25,713 bases of DNA, from positions 1 to 25,713 of the IMG/VR virus record IMGVR_UViG_3300007640_000209, one strand, 5' to 3'. This DNA comes from a virus (lineage: Duplodnaviria > Caudoviricetes). Position numbers and translations under genes: made by a program. The notes below the pieces were generated by a model that did no database searches, was not told where the DNA came from, and saw nothing but the letters and a program-made list of their open reading frames with translations. This document shows, piece by piece, positions 18,295 through 24,151 of this stretch; the stretch's first letter is position 1, and each line of letters opens with the position of its first letter.

Positions 18295-19818
18295 TTAGAG
18301 GCGCGCCCAGAGCCCTTGCCTGCGCTGCTTCTTTGGCCCCTTGTTAAACACATCGAAGTCGCGCTTGGCAACCGTAGGCTTGGCTGGCTTCTGGCTATTC
18401 ATAAGCGCCCTGCCTTCACCAGCGCCCAGCATTAGATATTGCAGTGCATCGTGGATGTGGCTGAACATATTCTTATCGGGCTTATCGGCGTAGCGTTCAC
18501 CGCTAACCTCCATGCGCTTGTAGGCATACCCGCCCTCGAAGCCTTTGATTAGCATAGAACAGCGACGGTCTAAAATAAACGCAGGCTTGCCCTCAACCAT
18601 CTTCATTAGCTGAGAGGAGACAGCTTCCAGTCGAAGATCGACCGAGTTCGAGTGCGTAGGGAATGCGCGCAGTCCAGCGCCGCGAAGTATCTGAAAAGGA
18701 GTTGATTCGTCAGTCTGTGCCCTAAAGTCACCAGCAGGGTCGCCATAGATATAGACATCAGAACAAGCAGAGAAGCGTGAGGATAGTTCATTTCTCAGCA
18801 CCTCGGCAAACCTGACAATACCCATATCTACGGCCACGATCTCAGATTGGATCAACCAGCGGCCACGCACTTTCTGACCAATCGCCGCTGCTGGCGTCAA
18901 GCCAAAGTCTACGCCAACATACACAGGAAGCCCCGCAGCAATCGGGATTTCTTCCTTGGCGATATGAGCGTCTGGTGCAAACATTGGATACACTGGCTTC
19001 CCGTCCTGAACATGACCGAGCCTGTTCATTACATAAACATCGATCCATGATTTTGTCTTACCCTGAATTAGGTTTGGATAATAAGACTTCATCATGTTCC
19101 GCTGGTTCTCAGCGTCAGGATTAGGCTTATATCCTTCGATCTCACCTTCTTCGTTGCGCGTCTCGACCATGCCCGATGGCTGGGTAAAGAACTTCCAGTT
19201 ATCTGGCGTCACCAGCATCTTGGCTTGTTCGCGCGGGATGTGGTCCGGGATTGGAACCTCACCAGCCATGATGGGCCACCAATGATCTTCTTCAGGCGCG
19301 TTGGTATCGGCAATAACACCAGTCCAAGAAGGACCGCCATCACGCATAGAAGGATAACGGCCAACACGCATCGTGCAGGCATCGATAATACTTTTAGGAA
19401 TCTCTCGCGCTTCATTGATCCAGATGCCTGTCAATTCCAATGACAGCAGCTTCTTGACATCTTCAGGGCGGTCTAAGGCTAAGAAGATAACCTCAAGATC
19501 AATGTCGCCCTTCTTGATATGGTGGGTGTAAGGAACCGACCAAGTGAACTTGCCCCAGTCATTCTCTGGGAACCAGTCAAGCCAAGTCTTAATCGTAGTG
19601 GTTCTTAGCTGCGGGTTGGTATTACGAATAATGGCCCAGCGGCTTTTGCGTTTGCCATCTGGGCCCTTCTCTTGCTGCAATGCGCGGCGGAACACCTCGA
19701 CACAACAGCCAACCGACTTACCGCTACCAACCGGACCGCGTATTCCTCGGAAGAACGTATCGTCCTTCATAAAGTCTTTCAGGACATCGCCATCCGGTTT
19801 GTATTTGAACTCAATCAT
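18295..19818 (-). CDS. terL: Terminase large subunit
   Basis: 507 aa. Walker A GPVGSGKS, Walker B GIWINEARE, coupling motif DTN, RNase H-fold nuclease VGVDFGLTPA ... SHIHDALQY. Confidence 0.95.
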   Translation of the reverse strand: MIEFKYKPDGDVLKDFMKDDTFFRGIRGPVGSGKSVGCCVEVFRRALQQEKGPDGKRKSRWAIIRNTNPQLRTTTIKTWLDWFPENDWGKFTWSVPYTHHIKKGDIDLEVIFLALDRPEDVKKLLSLELTGIWINEAREIPKSIIDACTMRVGRYPSMRDGGPSWTGVIADTNAPEEDHWWPIMAGEVPIPDHIPREQAKMLVTPDNWKFFTQPSGMVETRNEEGEIEGYKPNPDAENQRNMMKSYYPNLIQGKTKSWIDVYVMNRLGHVQDGKPVYPMFAPDAHIAKEEIPIAAGLPVYVGVDFGLTPAAAIGQKVRGRWLIQSEIVAVDMGIVRFAEVLRNELSSRFSACSDVYIYGDPAGDFRAQTDESTPFQILRGAGLRAFPTHSNSVDLRLEAVSSQLMKMVEGKPAFILDRRCSMLIKGFEGGYAYKRMEVSGERYADKPDKNMFSHIHDALQYLMLGAGEGRALMNSQKPAKPTVAKRDFDVFNKGPKKQRRQGLWARL

Positions 19819-20153
19819 TTCATATCACGAACACGGCCAACCTTGGCACTAAGACGCTTAGAAAGGGCAACTGCCTTGGCTGGGCTGCCAACAACAACAT
19901 AATCTTTCCGCAGTCTTGCTTGAGCAAATGCTTGTTCATCATCCAGTTTGCGCAGCTTACCACCAAGCATACGAATAGTAGGATAGACAATTTCTTTGCC
20001 ATCCAACTCGGCAGATGCAGTGCGCATAGTCTCTTGGTCTTTGGTTGTTGGAGTGCTCTTGTTTAAAGCACGGCGCAGCCAGCCGGGGACTTTGCCATCT
20101 GGCGTTTTAGGAAGCGGGCCAGCCCCCGCCATAGGCTTCTGTCCTTTAGGCAT
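19815..20153 (-). CDS. Hypothetical basic phage protein (MPKG start)
   Basis: 112 aa, SD GAGGA, ATGA coupling to terL. ELDGKEIVYPTI motif of a small phage protein family. Confidence 0.75.
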   Translation of the reverse strand: MPKGQKPMAGAGPLPKTPDGKVPGWLRRALNKSTPTTKDQETMRTASAELDGKEIVYPTIRMLGGKLRKLDDEQAFAQARLRKDYVVVGSPAKAVALSKRLSAKVGRVRDMK

Positions 20154-20165
20154 GACCCAATCCTC

Positions 20166-20345
20166 TTATTTTGTATACTTAAACGCGTTCTTGCGAGCAG
20201 AATTTTTCTTCATTTCTTTCAGCTTGTCTAGCATATCCATCAACTCACGATCACGCTCTGTGCCGGGGCGAGGGTTTGAAAGAAGAAGAGAACTTGCCTT
20301 GCGGCGCTCAGCAAGAGTTAGTGGGCGTCCAGTTCCTTTGGGCAT
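20166..20345 (-). CDS. Hypothetical basic protein, 59 aa (MPKGTGRPLTLAERRKASSLLLSNPRPGTERDRELMDMLDKLKEMKKNSARKNAFKYTK)
   Basis: Below the ORF-track cutoff; translated by hand. TAATG coupling with the upstream gene; fills the gap. Confidence 0.75.
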   Translation of the reverse strand: MPKGTGRPLTLAERRKASSLLLSNPRPGTERDRELMDMLDKLKEMKKNSARKNAFKYTK

Positions 20346-20545
20346 TATCTTAATCCTTTGTCTACACCGAAACGAATCATGCGCTCGGCAATCTCTGGGC
20401 CAAAGCTATCAATCAGCTTGTCGCACTCTTTGTCAGTGACGAAAGCCTTGCCGTGCTTAGCTTCGACGTGCGCAAAGTGAACCTTACGCACAATACCGCG
20501 AAGCAAGTCTCTGTCTTGCCGGGAAAGCTGAGAAGAAAAAGCCAT
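20345..20545 (-). CDS. Hypothetical phage protein
   Basis: 66 aa, coupled on both sides (TGATG / TAATG). Confidence 0.8.
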   Translation of the reverse strand: MAFSSQLSRQDRDLLRGIVRKVHFAHVEAKHGKAFVTDKECDKLIDSFGPEIAERMIRFGVDKGLR

Positions 20546-20790
20546 CAGGGAACCTGCTTGGTATCCATCTTGTTCGCATTCTTCAGCAAAGCCTGCTGTC
20601 GCATTGCGATCTTGCGGCGCATCGCCTTAACATTAGAAGGCTCGTTTTCACCAGTATAGCCAGTGGTATAAGCCTTGAAGAGGCTCTTTACCTTCTGCAA
20701 CTTGCTTTGCGTCGTTGCATTCTTCAACTGAGTTTCCAACGCGCCCATCTTTGCAAGCGCGCCTTGACGCGGGTTCTGTCCTTTAGGCAT
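20545..20790 (-). CDS. Hypothetical basic protein (MPKG start)
   Basis: 81 aa, Lys-rich, tightly packed in the operon. Confidence 0.75.
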   Translation of the reverse strand: MPKGQNPRQGALAKMGALETQLKNATTQSKLQKVKSLFKAYTTGYTGENEPSNVKAMRRKIAMRQQALLKNANKMDTKQVP

Positions 20791-20793
20791 TGC

Positions 20794-21003
20794 TCAATCC
20801 CATGCTGTTGCGCCTTTCGGCTTTGGTTCTGGCTTCTTTCTAGGCAGCTTAGGCTTAGAAGAAGGGGTGATCGGTTTCTTCTGTTCAAACCAAACGAGAG
20901 GGCGGGACTCGGCGGTGCGGGTAGCACCAGTGTAATACCTGCCAGCTAACTCATGCGTCGGGCCATCATACACATCATCCGTATGCTTGATCTTCCAAGC
21001 CAT
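20794..21003 (-). CDS. Hypothetical phage protein
   Basis: 69 aa. YDGPTHELAGRYYTGATRTAESRPL core plus Pro/Lys tail; TAATG coupling. Confidence 0.75.
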   Translation of the reverse strand: MAWKIKHTDDVYDGPTHELAGRYYTGATRTAESRPLVWFEQKKPITPSSKPKLPRKKPEPKPKGATAWD

Positions 21004-21263
21004 TATGCTTTCCCCGCATTTTTGTTGCGCTTGATAGAACGATTGGCAGCTTTGCTTAGAAGACGAAGGTTGGACTTGCTGTTGTTCTTAGGATTGCCAT
21101 CCTTGTGGTCAACGTCCTTGCCATCGTTCCTCTTAGCAACGCCAGCCTTCTCAAGTGCATAACGAGCCCGCTTTCGAGCGCGGTTCTTGTCAGCACGGGC
21201 CTTGTCATACTTACCTTCGCCATTCATCGAATAGTCGCGAACGTAATTCTTACCGCTAGGCAT
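21003..21263 (-). CDS. HNH endonuclease (packaging region), probable start MPSGKNY (86 aa)
   Basis: DGKDVDHKDGNPKNNSKSNLRLLSKAANRS HNH-type motif. ATG overlaps the upstream stop (ATGCCTAG). Confidence 0.85.
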   Translation of the reverse strand: MPSGKNYVRDYSMNGEGKYDKARADKNRARKRARYALEKAGVAKRNDGKDVDHKDGNPKNNSKSNLRLLSKAANRSIKRNKNAGKA

Positions 21264-21438
21264 TGGAATAATCCACATTCAACATAGTGGTCCGGCGCTC
21301 CTGTCCAGTCCGAACACGTCCATACTTAGGCTCGCGCTTCCTCTTCTCGCTCATGCTGAGAGAAGGAAGAGGCTCTGCCTTCGGCTTGATCTGCTGATAC
21401 CGCTCTTCAGCAATGCTGGCTGCGCTACGTCCACACAT
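21256..21438 (-). CDS. Small basic protein with Met-Cys start
   Basis: 60 aa, SD AAGGA, operon packing. Confidence 0.65.
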   Translation of the reverse strand: MCGRSAASIAEERYQQIKPKAEPLPSLSMSEKRKREPKYGRVRTGQERRTTMLNVDYSNA

Positions 21439-21441
21439 ATC

Positions 21442-21735
21442 TTAATCCTTCTTTGCTTTGTTCCGCTTGCTAATAGCCCTAGCCTTCGCTTTAGCATCAG
21501 CCTTGGAACTAGCGCCCCATGCCCTTAAGCTAAGAAGAAGACGCGTCGGCCGACCCTTCTCATCACGCTCAGGCCCATTCATATTCCCCATGCGCGCCAA
21601 GAAACTAGCACGACGAGGATTGTCACCACTCTTAACAGGAGGCTTCAATGTCCCCTGCTTATAGGAAGCGCGCCCCTTGGCGTTCAAACCACCTTTAGGG
21701 TTCTTCCCCTCCTTGCGTGTCCACGCTGGTGTCAT
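21442..21735 (-). CDS. Small basic phage protein, DUF6321-like (probable start MTPAWTRKEG, 97 aa)
   Basis: AWTRKEGKNPKGGLNAKGRASY...RRASFLARM...PTRLLLSLRAWG signature; SD GAGGAG. Confidence 0.8.
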   Translation of the reverse strand: MTPAWTRKEGKNPKGGLNAKGRASYKQGTLKPPVKSGDNPRRASFLARMGNMNGPERDEKGRPTRLLLSLRAWGASSKADAKAKARAISKRNKAKKD

Positions 21736-21817
21736 GACCAACACTCCTCAATGCAACCTTAGCCTTGCTAGTATCAGACTTCTTAGCAACTTCAGGCTTC
21801 TTACTATACTTTGACAT
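21695..21817 (-). CDS. Possible 40-aa basic peptide MSKYSKKPEVAKKSDTSKAKVALRSVGHDTSVDTQGGEEP
   Basis: SD GGAG with good spacing to the ATG at 21817. Overlaps the next gene by 41 nt. Confidence 0.5.
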   Translation of the reverse strand: MSKYSKKPEVAKKSDTSKAKVALRSVGHDTSVDTQGGEEP

Positions 21818-21901
21818 ATCTTTCTCCACACTTTTTGAGCGGACCTTTTGGGGAAAAAATACGAGACTGGGACCACTTACAGTCAACAACCGCACGGTTT
21901 T

Positions 21902-21950
21902 CCCCCCACCCCCCTGCTAGGGACACCCTACTGCAAACTTTCCCGGGAAA
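21902..21950. other. C6-A-C6 tract, TAGGG-ACA-CCCTA inverted repeat and 12-bp palindrome TTTCCCGGGAAA next to the terS stop; candidate packaging/terminus signal
   Basis: Read directly from the sequence; function inferred from position. Confidence 0.45.
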
Positions 21951-22328
21951 CTAACCAAGGTCAATGCTTACCCGGATGTCGCCAGCCACCTGTATCTGGC
22001 TGCGATCTATCGGCTTGAACCCAGCGCGGTCTAGCAAATCCTGTGCCGCTTGCAGCTTGACATACTCGCTCTTGCCGTTCTTAGCCAGCCCTGCCACTGT
22101 CCCGACAGCCATAGCTGCGTGCTGACTAAATGCCTCTGCTGTCACCTGCATCAGGTATTGCTGCACGTGCGGAGTCTTCATCGCTTTCCATGCGCTAGTC
22201 CTTCCGCTGTTGCCCGGCGCGTATCCGGCTTCCTCTGCAGCTTTCGTCAGGTTTCCACCGTTGGCAACATACGCTTCCACGAGGTTACGCTGTCTTCTCG
22301 TTATTGGTCGCATTGCTGGAACGTTCAT
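21951..22328 (-). CDS. terS: Terminase small subunit
   Basis: 125 aa. ITRRQRNLVEAYVANGGNLTKAAEEAGY...KAMKTPHVQQYL HTH (Terminase_2-like); VKLQAAQDLLDRAG; SD AGGAG. Confidence 0.88.
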   Translation of the reverse strand: MNVPAMRPITRRQRNLVEAYVANGGNLTKAAEEAGYAPGNSGRTSAWKAMKTPHVQQYLMQVTAEAFSQHAAMAVGTVAGLAKNGKSEYVKLQAAQDLLDRAGFKPIDRSQIQVAGDIRVSIDLG

Positions 22329-22344
22329 TAGTGTCTCCTAACTG

Positions 22345-22367
22345 CCCCCCTCTCCCTCTCTCCCCCC
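22345..22367. repeat. Homopyrimidine mirror repeat CCCCCCTCTC-CCT-CTCTCCCCCC in the terS leader
   Basis: 23-nt pure C/T tract with 10-nt mirror arms. Confidence 0.7.
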
Positions 22368-22368
22368 G

Positions 22369-22407
22369 TTGATAGCACGTCTCTAAACCCCTGTGTCAAC
22401 GCACAAA
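22369..22407 (-). promoter_or_regulatory. Late-promoter motif copy 4 fused to a sigma70-like promoter: TTTGTGCG-TTGACA-N17-GCTATC
   Basis: The motif's TTG is the start of a perfect TTGACA. CGTGCTATCAA lies downstream, ~45 nt before the terS ATG. Confidence 0.75.
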
Positions 22408-22507
22408 CGTGAGGCGTAGAGCCCCCTTCTGGGTCTCTTCGCGTTTATTTGGGCAGAGAGGTGGGTGCCACGCTCATTCCTAGCGCCGTGCTAATGCTAC
22501 TCCGTGC

Positions 22508-22520
22508 CATTGATACAATG
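22508..22520 (+). promoter_or_regulatory. Extended -10 (TG-A-TACAAT) inside palindrome CATTG-ATA-CAATG; candidate rightward early promoter/operator
   Basis: TGnTACAAT at 22511-22519; no good -35. Confidence 0.45.
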
Positions 22521-22639
22521 TGCCTGCTGTTAACCGGGCCTAGTCAGGCCCGGGCAGGCAGGGGGAGACACGGCCTGTCTCCCCCTTGCGCCTAGGGCGC
22601 ACCCCCGCTCGACGAGAATAAATAGTGGCCTAAAGGCCA
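22521..22639. other. Cluster of short GC-rich hairpins
   Basis: TGCCTGC..CCGGGCCT-AGTC-AGGCCCGG-GCAGGCA; GGGGGAGACA-CGGCC-TGTCTCCCCC; TGCGCC-TAG-GGCGCA; TGGCC-TAAA-GGCCA. Confidence 0.75.
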
Positions 22640-22651
22640 AGATGAAAGGTG

Positions 22652-22895
22652 ATCCTCTGGACGAAAGCCGTCCGAGGGGGGCGGGGACATTCGCGTAGAC
22701 GGGGTAGAACCTGCTGGCAATGACGGATAGTGACACCCTTCTCTTCTCTGGCATTTGCTGTTCCGTGCCACTCCTGCGTCGGGCACGGGCAAATGCTGGC
22801 AGCAGGGGCCCGTCACGATCCTATGCCAGCAGAACCTACCCCGTCTTCTCGATGTCCCCATCCCGCCCCCCTCGGTCGCCTTCCGACCGGAGGAT
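22652..22895. repeat. ~244-nt imperfect inverted repeat (rod-like hairpin); candidate ssDNA promoter/single-strand origin or structured RNA
   Basis: Successive paired blocks: ATCCTCTGG/CCGGAGGAT, CCGAGGGGGGCGG/CCGCCCCCCTCGG, GGGGACAT/ATGTCCCC, AGACGGGGTAG/CTACCCCGTCT, CTGCTGGCA/TGCCAGCAG, GGAT/ATCC, GTGAC/GTCAC, GCATTTGC/GCAAATGC, CCGTGCC/GGCACGG; terminal loop ~22770-22781. Confidence 0.9.
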
Positions 22896-22951
22896 GCGGG
22901 ATGAAAAAATCAAATGGAAATGGCTAACGCCCTAAATGGAGAACCTAGATC

Positions 22952-23434
22952 ATGGCTAAGCAAATCACAGACACAAAGGCAATGGAGACAATCAACAACG
23001 AGGCCCGCGCAATCGACAGCGCGCCCACCACCTCGGATGTAGTGGAATTCGCAGCCGATGCAGCCGCAAATATCGCCGCTGTTTTCGGCACCAACGACTA
23101 CCAACTAGAGCGTATCGCCCGCCAGTTCGTGCAGTCCGCCGAGTATCTGCTACGCTACAAAGCAGAGGACGTGACCGCCCAACACGCCAAAGTTATCGAG
23201 GCCGAACAGGCCGTGCTGGATAACCGGGCGATGGCAGAAACCACGCTTGCACGCAGCCAGACCTTGCTTGAGGCAAAGCAGTGCGAGGAACGCGACCTTG
23301 CCCTTTTCCGCAAGGCAATGATCAGCGCCTACGAAGGCGTCACAGGCAAAGCCTACGAAGCCTTGCCAGTGAAGAAGGCAGCGCCCCGCGCAGAAACACC
23401 GGCCGAGCGACTAGCCCGACTGAAACGCGCATAA
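22952..23434 (+). CDS. First early gene; helical hypothetical protein
   Basis: 160 aa, SD GGAG, biased codon usage, followed by hairpin GGGCGGC-ACCTA-GCCGCCC. Confidence 0.85.
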   Translation: MAKQITDTKAMETINNEARAIDSAPTTSDVVEFAADAAANIAAVFGTNDYQLERIARQFVQSAEYLLRYKAEDVTAQHAKVIEAEQAVLDNRAMAETTLARSQTLLEAKQCEERDLALFRKAMISAYEGVTGKAYEALPVKKAAPRAETPAERLARLKRA

Positions 23435-23443
23435 CCTAACAGG

Positions 23444-23746
23444 GGGCGGCACCTAGCCGCCCTCGCCGCGCGAAATAGAATCCGGCTAGTCGCCGGATGC
23501 ACAGGATAAACTGCCAGAACCTAGAGGGCACACGACTCCTGACCTCACACGCTACGCGGTCAGGGGCTTTGCCCCCGACACCCCCAGCAGGGCCATGCTG
23601 CCCCTTGCATCCCTTGCCCGGTGCTCACAACCAACGTGGGTTTCACAACCGATAGGACCAGAACCGCCGGCGTCCCGCCGGGCGGGAAGCCAGGAACACG
23701 TTAGGGACTTTACTACGGTGAGATTGTGGTGTGCGGCTTGTCCGCA
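23444..23746. other. Second structured intergenic region with tandem G-run/C-run/C-run motifs (23563-23613) and several hairpins
   Basis: GGGCGGC/GCCGCCC; ATCCGGC-TAGTC-GCCGGAT; CTGACC/GGTCAG; GGGGC-TTT-GCCCC-CGACA-CCCCC; TCCCGC/GCGGGA; TGCGG/CCGCA; direct repeat TCACAACC x2. Confidence 0.7.
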
Positions 23747-23781
23747 AATGTTTTCAACAATTCAACTCATGGAGAACCAAA

Positions 23782-24009
23782 ATGAAATACAGTTACACTG
23801 ACATCAACGACGTTCAAATCAACATCACCTTTTCGCTTAACGACGTTCAGCGTTTGCGTGATTGTGTAAGGGACTTTGAACCTGAAGAACACAAATGGAT
23901 GTTCAAACAATTCAAAGAAACTCTCAAAGAATCGGAGTTAAAAGCTGCCGAGGCAATGGACCTTGAAGCAAGGCATATCAAACGGGAAAACAAAGATGAA
24001 ACCAATTAA
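23782..24009 (+). CDS. Hypothetical early protein (probable start MKYSYTD, 75 aa)
   Basis: SD GGAG (ATGGAGAACC) before the ATG at 23782. Confidence 0.75.
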   Translation: MKYSYTDINDVQINITFSLNDVQRLRDCVRDFEPEEHKWMFKQFKETLKESELKAAEAMDLEARHIKRENKDETN

Positions 24010-24151
24010 TCTTATCCACACACCAGACAACTGGGAAGAAATCATGGAGTGGATTCATCGCCACGCCCCAGAAGATCGTGCTCACCTTGTCACTGCTGCT
24101 GGCATGGCATGGAACCTAGCACTCAAAGCAATGGAGAACGAAAATGTATGA
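23996..24151 (+). CDS. Hypothetical early protein (probable start MKPINLIHTP, 51 aa)
   Basis: Short overlaps with both neighbours. TPDNWEEIMEWI...TAAGMAWNL looks globular. Confidence 0.7.
   Translation: MKPINLIHTPDNWEEIMEWIHRHAPEDRAHLVTAAGMAWNLALKAMENENV

Noticed and set aside
20486-20493. Partial late motif ACGCACAA (and CAACCGCAC near 21887)
   Set aside because: Incomplete matches; the first lies mid-CDS and lacks the TTG, the second has an insertion. Not counted as copies.
22630-22680. Possible hammerhead ribozyme (GATGA...CGAAA)
   Set aside because: Lacks the CUGANGA core and the required stem arrangement.
22530-22935. Short ORFs across the control region (22530-22754, 22592-22861, 22720-22935, 22730-22927)
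   Set aside because: Pro/Arg/Gly-rich translations typical of GC-rich structured non-coding DNA; no RBS.
22330-23780. tRNA genes or an integrase/att site
   Set aside because: No cloverleaf with T-loop GTTCRA seen; no integrase or host genes in the window, so prophage status cannot be determined.
23595-23801. 68-aa plus-strand ORF in the second spacer
   Set aside because: Starts inside a hairpin motif with no SD and overlaps the well-supported 23782 gene in another frame.
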